Of a stretch of 64,000 bases of DNA, positions 1-12,284 are shown in pieces. The notes under the pieces were generated by a model. It saw only the letters and a program-made list of their open reading frames with translations. It did no database searches and was not told the origin of the DNA. The DNA comes from Paragordius varius (lineage: Eukaryota > Animalia > Nematomorpha), in assembly GCA_964247055.1 (NCBI GenBank), contig OZ176051.1:6820001-6884000 (forward strand). Reading direction: 5' to 3'. The position numbers and the translations under genes are program-made. How positions within the stretch are numbered: position 1 is the first letter of the stretch; every line of letters begins with the position of its first letter.

Positions 1-307
1 AAATTGAATCCGGAATAGAAAATGTTTTCAATTCTAATCTCTGTTTTTTATTTCCCTTAACGCCTATTGTTTTTTTAACGTTATTCATTAAATTACCTCT
101 TATTTAGTCTGGCGCTGTTTAAATCCATGAGATATCAAATTTATTTATGAAATGTGAAAATTTAGATGTATCACTTAAATTTATATATTCATCCTCAACA
201 TTTTCTATCTTTATTGATGGTGATCCATAGTATTTGCACAATTTTTGAATATTGTTGATTTCCAAAGCCCTTTAACCAAGGGTGCTTATTCTTTTTTTGT
301 GATATAG

Positions 308-3300
308 AAATATTACATCTGCCCATAATTCATTGCAAGCGTTTCGGTGGGATCGTAACAATTACATGGGAAATGAATTATATGGCAAAACTTTGGCTAT
401 AATTGGTTTGGGACGGATAGGTAGGGAAGTTGCAATGCGGATGAAAGCATTTGGTATGAAGGTAATTAAGTCAATTACTTTTTACAATATTGTTTTTTTT
501 CTGCAGACAATTTTGATTTCTATTTTACTGATAAGAAACGGAAGAATAATGACTTTTGGAAATGCCATTTTTTATTGATTTGTGAAAAATAGTCACTTTT
601 TAGCAATCTTTTATCAAATATAACCTATTTTGTGCAATGCGATTGTGTAAATTATTCTTTTTATTTACTGTGGTTAAAGAATTACAATATGTATGTGGAA
701 CTTTTTTTGTTATGCCCGTTAATATTTCTGTGTGGAAGGACATTTTATTTCTTTTACATTTGTAAAATTTTTTGCATCCTTAATGTGCCTAACTGTTTAG
801 GTGATTAGTATTTTATTACTTTGACTTTTGGAATTGACTTTTAACTATTGAAACAAATATAAATAACCTTTGGTTTTTATAGACTCTTCTGCTGTAAATA
901 AAAAATTTCTTTTTACTTTTATTTCTATTACTCGTAATTAGTTTTAAATTTAAAGAAATTATATATATTTATTTTTTTACCTTAAAACACTATTTTTAGA
1001 TTATAGGGTATGATCCTTTAGTAACTCCTGAAATGGCAAACGAATGGGATATTCTCTGGTTAGAACTTCAAGAAATTTGGCCTTTGGCCGATTATATAAC
1101 TGTGCATGTTCCATTGATACCTCCTACTAAATGTACACGTTTTTTTATACTTTCAATCCATTATTTTGTATAAATTTATTTAAAGACATTTTTTGTAAGT
1201 TTTTATATATATTACTAATATTATAATATCGCATAATTTTTTATTTTTTNNNNNNNNNNNNNNNNNNNNNNNNNNNNNNNNNNNNNNNNNNNNNNNNNNN
1301 NNNNNNNNNNNNNNNNNNNNNNNNNNNNNNNNNNNNNNNNNNNNNNNNNNNNNNNNNNNNNNNNNNNNNNNNNNNNNNNNNNNNNNNNNNNNNNNNNNNN
1401 NNNNNNNNNNNNNNNNNNNNNNNNNNNNNNNNNNNNNNNNNNNNNNNNNCAATAGTTGTTGAGAGATGATAAAAAAAAATTATATTTTAATATATCTGCC
1501 TTGTTCATGAAAAATGCCTGTTTTTAAAAAAAATTTAATTTGTTATGTGTTTTAATAGTGTAAATTTTAGTAGTATTTAAATATAATTTTTTCGAAATTT
1601 GTTTTTTATATGAATGCTACAATTTCAAGCACAAACATTAATGATCATTGCAATTTTTTACACATGTGTTATAATATAGTTAAAACGGATAAATTTATAA
1701 TTTTTAACATTTTTTTTTAATTTTCGTTTTTAAATAGATTTAATTAATGCTAAAACATTGAATCAATGTAAATCAGGCGTACGTATAATTAATTGTGCCC
1801 GTGGTGGGATTATTAATGAATTGGATTTGTTACACGCTTTAGAGTCAGGTCTTTGTGGTGGCGCCGCCTTGGATGTTTTTGAACAGGTGACTTCCTAAAT
1901 AGTTTTATGGTTTCAGCAAGTTTCTCAAATTAGAAAATTTAAATAACAAGTTTAGTTGTTTCATTGATTAATTAAAATAAAAAATTTATGTTTCATTGCA
2001 ATTTACACCCTAACATAAACAATTATAGCCTGACATATTCATATTTTTTGGATAATATGAAAATGAATAATTATCTAAAGATGAAAACATATATATATAT
2101 CTTGCGTTGTACATAATTATTTCATGAAGAAAAAAACCATATTATTTGTAATTTTTAACACTCTACCTTATTACGCCTTTTTTTACACATGCAATGTTGG
2201 TTAGGAACCCATAAAATTTGATGATCCAAAATACGAGTATTACAAGCGTTTAGTAAAGCATGAAAACGTGATCGTTACACCTCATCTGGGTGCTAGCACA
2301 TACGAAGCTCAAATACGTGTAGCTGAAGAAATCGCTAATAATGTTTTGACATTAAATGAATTCCTGAAAGGTAGAGTTTGTTATAGTTTATTTTGAATCC
2401 ATTTTTATTGGTCAAACAATTAAATAACTATTGCTCAAAAAATTCTCATATTATTAAGATGTTTTTTTATTAGAATAAAAAAAATTAAAAATATATAACT
2501 CTTTTTAATATATGTATCTTGCGAATTTTGAGGTTAGAGATCGAATATGTTGGGTATATATTGGATATTAAATCCTATGTAGGGATAATAAATGCATAAA
2601 TTTAAACATTTGTATCTTGCCTTTTAAACGCCTTTTCTACGGTTTAATATAAAATTCAGTAATCTGCAAAGTATATCCAAATTTTGCTTTCCCTATTAAA
2701 GCATCTTTTAATTTAAATAAAAAAAGGCAAAACACTCATTATATCATATTTTATAGATTTATCGTCTAATGTACTGAGTGCCGAAATTCGTGAGCAAATG
2801 AGTCAAATCATGCCAAGTTTGGTAAAAATATAATTACTTCTTGTGCAATATTTCTTGAAAAAAATGGAATTGTAGATATTTAAAACACTAATATTTTATA
2901 CTGTAGATTAATGCTCCGTGTATCAAATATCTCCTGCTGGAAGAAGGAATTAATTGGTTAACATTAGCCCATTTTATGGGTCGAATGTGTATTCATTTAA
3001 TACATAATTCCGCGCTGTTGTCTATCAAATCTGACATTGATTCTGATGACTTGATGAATAATCATTATATACAATTGAATATTGGTAAGTGGTAGCAATA
3101 TTAACTTATAAATTTGCATTTTTATTAAACACACTAAACAATCTTAATGGGTTTACATTAACGTTTGTGTGTTCGTTATAAATTTTGTGCGTGTTATAAT
3201 GGAAATTTTAATGGAAATTAATTTTAATCATAAATGGGATATTTTTATATAATACTAGCGTGAATCTCGTGCTGCTACGCAGCCCGAGGAAGTCCTTCGG

Positions 3301-5720
3301 ACTTCTGGGGGGGGGGGGGGGAGAGGGGGGGTTCGAAGTTTGGATTTTAATGGGTCTACCGGTTTTCTTGTACCAGATCACAAAGCCAGAATTTTCCATT
3401 TTTATAAATATATAGATTACCATAAATAATGTTTTAATATCCATATATCTTTTAACATGCTATACATATGATAGATACTCCTTACTCAGCAGCTATCATC
3501 AAAGAAACGCCTGACTAAAATTTTTGCCTTTTAACAGGCATTACGAAAAATCCTTCTCGAATTTTTACAGTCTCATACCTTGGGCAAAAAAATATTTTTG
3601 TGGACTTTGTTTTTTTTTGAAAAAAAATGGCATTTTACGGGGGGAGGGGGTAAAAAGAGGGCCTAAATCAAAAAAGTGGCTCGGCTATGTTCAGCGCAAT
3701 CGAAAATAAGTAAACAAAAATCATATTTAAAATTGAATGGTCCAACACGTTCTCCGGAAAATTGTCTCAAAGACACGATTTTTGTGGACTTCTGTTTTCA
3801 AAAAAACCCGTTTTTCATATGGGGTGGGCCCAAACTGGGGACCTAATTCCAAAAAAGGGCGAAGCTATTGTCGGGACATATATTAATGATTGTATTTTTT
3901 CGATATTTGGATTTGATTGGGTTCACCGGTTTTCCGGAAACAGATCACAAAGTTATATGAAAAATCAGTTTTTAGCAGGTAGCTCCTTACCCAGCAGCTA
4001 TCATCAAATAAACCGTAGACTAAAATTTTTGCCTTTTAAAAGGGAATACGTGGAATCTTTATTGAATTTTTACGGTCTTATACCTAGGGCGAAAAATCGA
4101 TTTAAAAAATTATTTTTGTGGACTTTGTTTTTTGCAAAAGGTGGCATTTCACGGGGGGAGCGGGTAAAAAGAGGGCCTAAATCAAAAAAGTGGCTCGGCT
4201 ATGTTCAGCCGAAAATAAGTAAACAAAAATCATATTTAAAATTGAATGGCCCAACACGTTCTCCGGAAAATTGTCTCAAAGACACGATTTTTGTGGACTT
4301 CTGTTTTCAAAAAAAACCCGTTTTTCATACGGGGTGGGCCCGAAATGGGGGCCTATTTCAAAAAAAGGGCGAAGCTATTGTCGGGGCATTCATTAATGAT
4401 TATATTTTTTCGATATTTGGATTTGATTGGGTCTACCGGTTTTCCTGTACCAGATCACAAAGCCAGCATTTTCCATTTTTATAAATATATAGATTATGGT
4501 TTCGCGCTGGTCAACAGATTTCTCACAACTAACTAATTAATTAATTCTCAACCGTGACAGCCATCGCTTATAAGACTAACGATTAGATGCGTCTTGAAGT
4601 TATTTAATTACGTGATATAAATTAACTAAATAAGGAAAAACTTATATATTAAAACTCTACAATTTTGAAAAAAATTTGCTAATTGTTAATATATTATTAG
4701 CCATATAACCAATTTTAGTCTTGTTTTATTTTACACATATTAATAATCTTATGACCGTATTGATTAGGGGCATCAGAATAATTATATTTTCATAATATTC
4801 GATTCTAAACATATAGCGGTGAGCGTAGTAAAATAGGCATTGCAAGTATCCCCTTAAAAAAGAAAAAGGGTCTACAAACTCTACATATTATAAATTTTTT
4901 GTGTTTAAGGTGAAAACATTAAATCTTTGCAAACACCTGCCCTACATTTCTTTAAAACGGGATTTATGCAAGAATTGCTGAAACATTATGCAGAGGATTT
5001 CATAGATTCCGAAAACCCAATCAATCGAATTAATTTTATTAATGGCGCTGTATGCTATGATGAAAAATTTTCAGTATATTTGTTTTTTTTGTTATCGCTT
5101 ACTATAAATGTTATATTACATAATAGTTTTATATATATTTTTAGGATATTTCAGTAAATTCCAATTTGATATTATTAACTCAATTGTTCTCAGGCTCTGA
5201 AAAACCAATGAAATATATTAACATTAGTTTGGGTGAAAAATTTTCACTTACTATGACTGCCAAAAATACCATTGGAGACCAACTTTCATTATCCTCATAT
5301 AGCATAATTGAACTTTGTGGTCAAGTTTTAGCTTATGATTCAACCCTAACTCAAAATGAAAAAAGCATTTACCAAAATCTAAGTTTATCATCAGAAAATA
5401 TTGGAATCGATATTAGTGGCAGTAATAATGAGCCTACCTCAAAACAGAAGAACGAAAAACGGTTAATTATTCATAAAATGGAACAAGCAAACGTAAAAAA
5501 GAATTCTCACTTCCAATATTATTTGCTGGATGATATGACCGATATCTGTGGTATTTTTTTCACATTTAGATATTTATTGATATGATTTAAATAAATTGTT
5601 GATGAAATTGTAATCATCATATATAAATAATTTTGTTATACTTTTATAGGTATGCAAATACTGGTCAAAGATGTTTTTACTTATGGTGATTGGAGGGGAC
5701 ATATAATATCGATTGAGTGA
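308..5720 (+). CDS. PHGDH: D-3-phosphoglycerate dehydrogenase (type I), 3' part; 5' exons lie upstream of the window
   Basis: Phase-compatible GT-AG exons 308-461, 1000-1132, 1738-1886, 2205-2370, 2757-2821, 2907-3084, 4910-5073, 5145-5550, 5650-5720 (TGA). Motifs: [17 protein letters not shown] (NAD-binding), [49 protein letters not shown] (catalytic His), INAP..W..LA, INFING (ASB-like domain). Confidence 0.95.
1250..1449. other. Assembly gap (200 N) inside a PHGDH intron
   Basis: Run of exactly 200 N. The flanking exons (ending 1132, starting 1738) join in phase with no missing conserved residues. Confidence 1.
3255..3416 (-). mobile_element. Complete 162-bp non-autonomous mini-Helitron
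   Basis: Minus strand starts TCTATATATTTATAAAAATG and ends CTAG, inserted between host A and T with no TSD. Hairpin GCTGC-GTA-GCAGC ends 12 nt before CTAG; a second hairpin GAAGTCC-GAA-GGACTTC lies just upstream. Both termini are shared with the element at 24012-26149. Confidence 0.85.
3460..4493 (-). mobile_element. 3'-truncated Helitron of the same family with a tandem duplication of its 5' ~510 bp
   Basis: 5' TC terminus at 4493 (A|TCTATATATTTATAAAAATG). Two units of about 510 bp (about 3460-3960 and 3975-4493) match each other and 25640-26149. No CTAG/hairpin end of its own. Confidence 0.8.
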
Positions 5721-6984
5721 TTCAATAATAGTTTTGAAATTCGCTATGCAACTTTTAATATCAACCAGATACTTAATTACAACTTCTTTTTTATAATCGT
5801 TTTATATGAGGATTGTTACATTATTTTTGAATCTCACAACAGTATTATTTATGAAAGTATTATTAAAAAAATTATTATAATTTAATTATATATATCAATA
5901 GTTAAAAATAAATTACTTCTTTAAACGTCTATCCTATTATACTGTATACAAATTTTTCTACATACGCGTCATTTTTATTAATTTCAATCTGAAAAATTTA
6001 AAAGCGCATAAATAATTATTTTTATGCCAAAGTCTATAAAATGAATACTTAATACAATGCTCTATAACGGGTAATGTTATTAAAAAGACGAATTGATTTA
6101 ATTTCAAAACTAATTGAATTATGATCTGTATAATAATAAACATAGATTCCAAGCGAATTCCAATGGTGCTTTGCGCAAAATTTTTTCCCAATATAAATGG
6201 TTAAATTCTACCCCTAGAAAACAATTTTTAATCACTTTTAAATTCTTTATAAGTGGTATTCATTTTTTGCGACGAATTCTAGCTTTATTTGCACAATAAC
6301 GGCATACTCAAACAACAGAAATATAAATGGCAAATACATTCGAACGCATTAAAAATTTAAAAGCAACTTTAAAAAAAATAAAAACTTGATAATTTGATCA
6401 CCTTTAAAAAAAATTATCTTTTTATTGATGAAATTTTATACTTTTTAGCACTCTATAGTCCACTGAACTTAATTTTGTTTTTGAAAAATTATTTTTACTG
6501 GTTTCACTAAACATATGTAGCAGCATGATTATCGAAATAATATATATATGATCATAAGGCAATTCGAATAAGTCTTACACTTTTTTATGGCAATCGTTTC
6601 AAAAAAACCTATTTTTGCAAACTTATTTTTAGAGAGGAAAGCGCCGTGCTTAAGGCCAAATTAAAAAAGTTGCTCAGCTACGTAAAATCCATATATAAAA
6701 TTACCCTTCCCATGCACATAATTAGATTTTTTACGTTTTAGATTGCTTCAAAGCAATATTTATTTTAATTAATAGATAATAATTTATAAATAGATGTATA
6801 AAATGTGAATTTTTCATATTTATATCAAATTACTAAAATATAACCTTTGTTTTACATTAGGGTATATCCCATTCAAAATCTTTAAATGATAAAATTGGCC
6901 AAAATAAATCTGATTTTAATAAACAAAAAAAGATAGGATACTTCTTATATTTATACAAATACATTTATTTCATATTAACAATTA

Positions 6985-7169
6985 TCACGCAACAGTACAA
7001 TTTACAATACGTTTTTTAAACTTAAACACGTAAGAACAACTACCACAGTTGATTGGTAAACATACAGCTTTAGAGAATCTGGGACACACTTTGTTATCAC
7101 AAATATCCTCTGGACATTCTTTTTTAGGTAGGAAACCGCATGTTTTCATTGTTCCATTAATTTGATTTA
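6985..7169 (-). CDS. Terminal exon encoding an 8-Cys domain (putative small secreted Cys-rich protein)
   Basis: Acceptor ..gatttag| followed by xNQINGTMKTCGFLPKKECPEDICDNKVCPRFSKAVCLPINCGSCSYVFKFKKRIVNCTVA*. Spacing is C-x7-C-x4-C-x4-C-x7-C-x4-CGSC-x12-C. Absent from the supplied ORF track. Tentative hydrophobic first exon at 8426-8339 with a phase-compatible donor. Confidence 0.7.
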
Positions 7170-7559
7170 CTAAATCATGAAATGTCGGTTTTAAAATAAC
7201 ATATATAAAAAATTGAATAAGTTTTAAAAAATAAAAAAATTCACGTTTTTTGCCTTTCTCCGATATAATAGGAGATATTATTTGACATACGGAATAAAAT
7301 TATTATATGATCAACCCGTTATTCACCGGTGCCAGTTGCCATTAAAAAAATTATTTTAAGTAATGTTTTAGCTTTTAATTTCACATGACGTGAAGATGCT
7401 AAATAGTTGATAAGAGTTAACATTTTCATATGATAAACAAACTTAGAAACAATCATAAGTGATTGATCCAGACCGCTTTATCCAGACTCGTTTGAATAAT
7501 GGTTTTAAACATAATAAAATTAAATATTTGATAGGATTGTTTTTATACCTATTTTAAAC

Positions 7560-7837
7560 CAGGGGTGTTCAACACTCGGCCCGCCCGCATACGGCCGTCC
7601 GATACTTTAGGTGCTGCCCGCGAAATTTGGAAACTTATAATAAGCAATAATAACAAAATCTTAGCGAAATTGATATTATTTAAATATTTTTTTAAATAAG
7701 TCTATTAATTGGTATCGAAACGAACTAGAACATAATTGTTATTGTGTTATTATATGATCATATGTTTGAAATTTAATATAAATGAATGTCCATATATTCA
7801 AATGCGGCCCGCGAAGCCATTAGGTTTGACACCCCTG
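7560..7837. mobile_element. hAT (Charlie-like) MITE, 278 bp
   Basis: TIRs CAGGGGTGTTCAAC / GTTTGACACCCCTG with subterminal GGCCCGC motifs. The 8-bp flanks (ttttaaac / cttaaagc) are only partly alike. A decayed inverted sibling lies at about 23371-23590. Confidence 0.8.
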
Positions 7838-10047
7838 CTTAAAGCAATGCTGAAAAATACTTTCTTTGAACGCTTAAGTCTTTTAACTCACAACTTATGA
7901 AATGAAGATCTGACAAGTTAAGTAATTATAACGCTTTTGGTCAAATACTACATTTTTATCGTTGTAATATTTGTGCCAATAAGTTTTGAAAAAAAAAATA
8001 TTATTATACGGCTAAAATTTTTAATCTTTAAATTATTGCCCTTATCTTAGTATCCTTGCTAGGGATTGACATTCCTAAATCCGTGCTTGTGTTAAATCCA
8101 ACGTAAAAATAACACTTTACTAGAGACGAAACCGAAACACCGGTTAAAAAATGTATTTTTATAAAAATATATAAGATAAACTCTATTTGCTATTTTGTCT
8201 AATAACTATTAATGCATATACTCTACATTTTTATAGACTGTTTGGCAAAGCCATATTTTGCTGATAATATTTTTTTATTAAAATTTTATACGAAAAAACT
8301 TAAATTTTTTGATGTTAAAAACTCAATGTAAATGTAACCTTTCCAAAGCGATATTAGATACCAAATAGGAAAATAAAATATAAATATTCGAATGACAAAG
8401 CTTTGTAAGAAACATATAAATGACATAAATTTCCCAAATGTAGTGTAAATTTGTAAAACAAACACCTCCAGCACAATTTTTCGCTTTGGTTTCAAGCCCT
8501 CTTTGAAATAATAAAACTAACGCTTATAGTCTTTAGTTACGATTTGGATTTAGGATTTAATTCATTTTACCAATGCTTCGAACCGGAACCAAAACAGGGA
8601 AGCTGAACACCAGGTTTTTGAGATTTTAATAGGAATCGGTTTTGTTGGGTTGGAACCAACCTGGTGGGATCCCGCCTCCGAAAGAAGCGCCATATGTTTT
8701 TTTCTCGTATCTGCATTTTATTAAAAAATCTACCTTTAACACCAGGAGAACCACAGACATAATTTATATTTGAATAGATGAACAATATTTACTTTTTTGG
8801 TGAAAATCCATAAACTATATATTGGTTATAGGAAAGGGAAAAATACGACAAATTTTCCAAATTATGCCTTCTTATATTTTTTACTTTTAAAAAATTTAAA
8901 AAGTGGCTACTTTAAATAATTATTCAACCCTAAATTTTAACAAAACCTAAACTAGAAATCACTCATAATGAAAAAAATGACTACATATATGGTACTTAAA
9001 GCGTTAACGTGCCGCATGAGACCCTTGAACTGATTCTGGCCACAGATTTTGCAAACAATATTAAAATATTTTATGTATAACGTTAATCTTACCTTTGCAC
9101 TTATACATTTGACTATTTAATTTTCTAATATGTTTTGAATTACAACATGATCAAGAATAAAATGAAACCCGTTACAAATGTTAGAAACAGATTTAGAAAA
9201 AAACATCCAGGTCTAATTTTAAATTCTTGGGAGCCACTACGATTCCGTTCCATTTTTTTTCGACCCAGTTCACTCTAAATTATACCATTGGTGTCCGCCT
9301 TAACGATTATATATTTTTGGATAAAAAATGAAAATAGTGTGATTAAAAAATAAACCCGAGATAAGAATATAATAAGGTATGAGAATTAATAGGGATAATA
9401 ATTTAACGTTAATCCAAATCATGTGATAAGTATTAGTCAATCTCCATCAAAATATTTTTAAATTAGTCAATTTTGTATAAATGCAATTTAACATAGGATA
9501 TATGTTGCATTCAATAGGGATACGAAGATGAAAACAGGATCGGTTTAGTTTAATTAATACGAGGAGTTTTGTTAATATGGCATATGGTTTTTATATTTTT
9601 TGGTACATGACATAGGAAATGCTAGTGAAAATGTTGGTTTTCAAAAAATGTTGTTTAACAGTTATCTCATGATAATTTATTTTATGTTGCCACATAAAAA
9701 CATAACATACTTACTTAGCATTGGAAAATTGTAAAAGTTAACGAATCGTGTTCTAGAGTTATAATAGCACTAAATAAAAGAGTCAGGTTTCAAGACAAAT
9801 AATTTTAAATTTTGCCAAATAAATTTTAATATATTTGGAAATAAACGGATCAAACCTAAAAAACTGGTTCCGGCGTTTTTATAATTGGCACATCAAATGA
9901 ATTTGGAAATTTTTTTCAATTCAAATACAAAGTTAACCTTTTTTTTAATATTTAGATTAGTGTTATTTAAAATATAAAAGCATATTGTTTAAATTTTTGA
10001 GGGATTAATAAAATACTTTTGTATATTATTTTAAATTACGTATATAT

Positions 10048-10234
10048 CAGGGCTTGGAACCGGAACCCGGTTCCTGGGATTTTAACAAGATCCGGTTCTA
10101 TTGGGATCGGTTCCGGTTCCAAAAATTCAGGAACCGGCCGGTTTTATTTTTAAATCTTGACCAACGCGGTATTGGTTCCACTTGTTCAGGAACCGACCCG
10201 GTTCCGGTTCCACTTTTTTAACTGGTTCGCCCTG
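10048..10234. mobile_element. hAT-type MITE, 187 bp
   Basis: Imperfect TIRs CAGGGCTTGGAACC / GGTTCGCCCTG, perfect 8-bp TSD GTATATAT, and an interior built from GGAACC/GGTTCC repeats. Confidence 0.8.
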
Positions 10235-11394
10235 GTATATATCCATCAATAATTAGATATATGTTAACTCATAAAGAGATGGAAACATAAGAAAAACTAC
10301 TCGATCAATAAGCGAACAAGACTCTTTTTTCAAACAGACATTATAACCTTATATGACTTCGATAATCCGAAAAAAATTTCCAAAAAATTGTGGATCTTGT
10401 TTTCAACAAGAGACGCTAAATTTGGACAAAAAATTGATTCATAATTTTCGTTTCAAAGAAAACATTTGGGGACAGGGGATAACGAGAATTTGATAAGGTC
10501 AGCTGTATAGTCCTTAGATGCTTTTATAGTAGGTGCATCAACACCATAGCTTTTTATATGCAACTTTTGTTAGAGATTAAAATAGAAATCTAACAAATTG
10601 TTTCACAAATATATGATTTATCTGAGAATGCATTATTAAATTTATCAAATATCGATAAAAATGTAGATTTAGTTTATTATTATCATAGTTTATCTCTTTA
10701 TTTAGTTTAACCCATCAATTGAAAACTTGGAAACAATATATCTCCTGAATACAACTTAAATTATATAGTATTATAATTACCATTTAGTATCGATTTTATT
10801 TCTATCCCAAATATATGCTCAAACCTTTTTTGTGGTTAATGTTATTTAAAAAAACATTCGCAAAAAACGTCATATTTAAAATTCATATATTTTGTCAAAT
10901 ATATTTAGTCAAAATAAAGATTCGAAAAAACCTTCCTGTGCGAAAAAATAACTCACTTAGATAATCTTTCCATGTAAAATCCATACGGTAAGGTCAAGGG
11001 TTGTATGTGTGTGCCACTCTACACCCTGAACTAAATCTAAATGCTGTTAAACCCATCATATTCAAAGATTAATTAACATAGACATAAATTATTTATTTTT
11101 GTAAATTAATATGTCAAAATTACTTAAGCGTTTATGTATTCCACTGATAAATGATTAATTCAAATTCTCTTGCAATGCTTGTTTAGCTATAACCAATATC
11201 ACAATTTTATTCTGTTAGAAATTCACTTACTATTAAATTTATACACACCTGGAAAATTAAATAGAGATATATTTACAAAAGAAAACCATATTTTTAAACC
11301 TTGATTTTTCTAAAATAATATATGAATTAATATTTTTATGTTCGAAAAGTCAATATTTACACTTCATTACCTTTTCACTTTTTTGTCATGTTTT

Positions 11395-11720
11395 CCTTTC
11401 GATGTTTTGGTATCCTAGAGGTCAATTTGGTAAATTAACTACAGTTTTGGGAGTTTTAGTTAAAATTTAATTATCAAAATTGTTGTCATGTGTTATATAA
11501 AAAAGCTTATATTTTTACAGTTTTGTGACTTCCAGAGTGTAAAATTGGGTTCGCCATTAAAACCCGATTGAAACGAAGAGCTGAAGTCAACATCAAAATC
11601 TATCAATTTTTGCTGGTAAATTGTAGCCTGAAAGCTTCTGTAAGTTAATTATTTACATTTTCTTACCATAATATACATTTATTTGCCTGTTGCTATAGCG
11701 ATATAAAAAAAATTATTAAA
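11395..11720. repeat. Unclassified dispersed repeat (~300 bp)
   Basis: Shared blocks such as ttttgtgacttc, tttagttaaaatttaattat, ttttgctggta..tagcctgaaa and atagcgat. A direct diverged copy lies at about 12850-13180 and an inverted copy at about 59385-59670. Confidence 0.65.
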
Positions 11721-12243
11721 TAAAACGGCAAAAAAATATGAGGAGAATTTTTTTACAATTTACATTTTAATTTGTAAAGTGCTTAAAGACTAATGAAAGT
11801 ATTTTAAATTCGGCTTATCTACATATTTGGGATATTCAAATTTCAAATCTCTTTAGGATATAAATCTTCCACGAAAGAATGGGTGTGGGTAAAACTAATG
11901 TTTTGAAAGTATTTATTAAAAATTTTATTGTCAAAGATTGTTCTCTCGTATTAAACTCTTAAATTTTTATTATAATATATATTTATTGCCCATTGTATCA
12001 GCTAGGTAAAAAATACAAAAATAAATGAGGCGAAAAGATTTGAGATGAAGATATTTTAACAATATTTTTTAAAATTTGTATTATGCACCTAAATGGCTTA
12101 AAAAGCTTATTTTTAAATTCGGCCTGATAAAATACGTTTTATGATATCAATTTTTAAATCGTGGGATAAAAAAACTTTAAAAGGTCTAGAGTTCATAGAT
12201 AAAGCAGAGAGACAATATCACCTTGTTGCACACAGTATCCCTG

Positions 12244-12284
<41 letters not shown>

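Noticed and set aside
1180-1508. ORFs spanning the N run
   Set aside because: Artefacts of translating the assembly gap.
3762-4484. 240-aa plus-strand ORF (and related ORFs at 3524, 4246, 25870, 25911)
   Set aside because: It lies antisense within the Helitron repeat. The duplicated units switch frame and the third copy is broken into different frames. No RepHel or other domain motif is visible, so it is best explained by locally higher GC.
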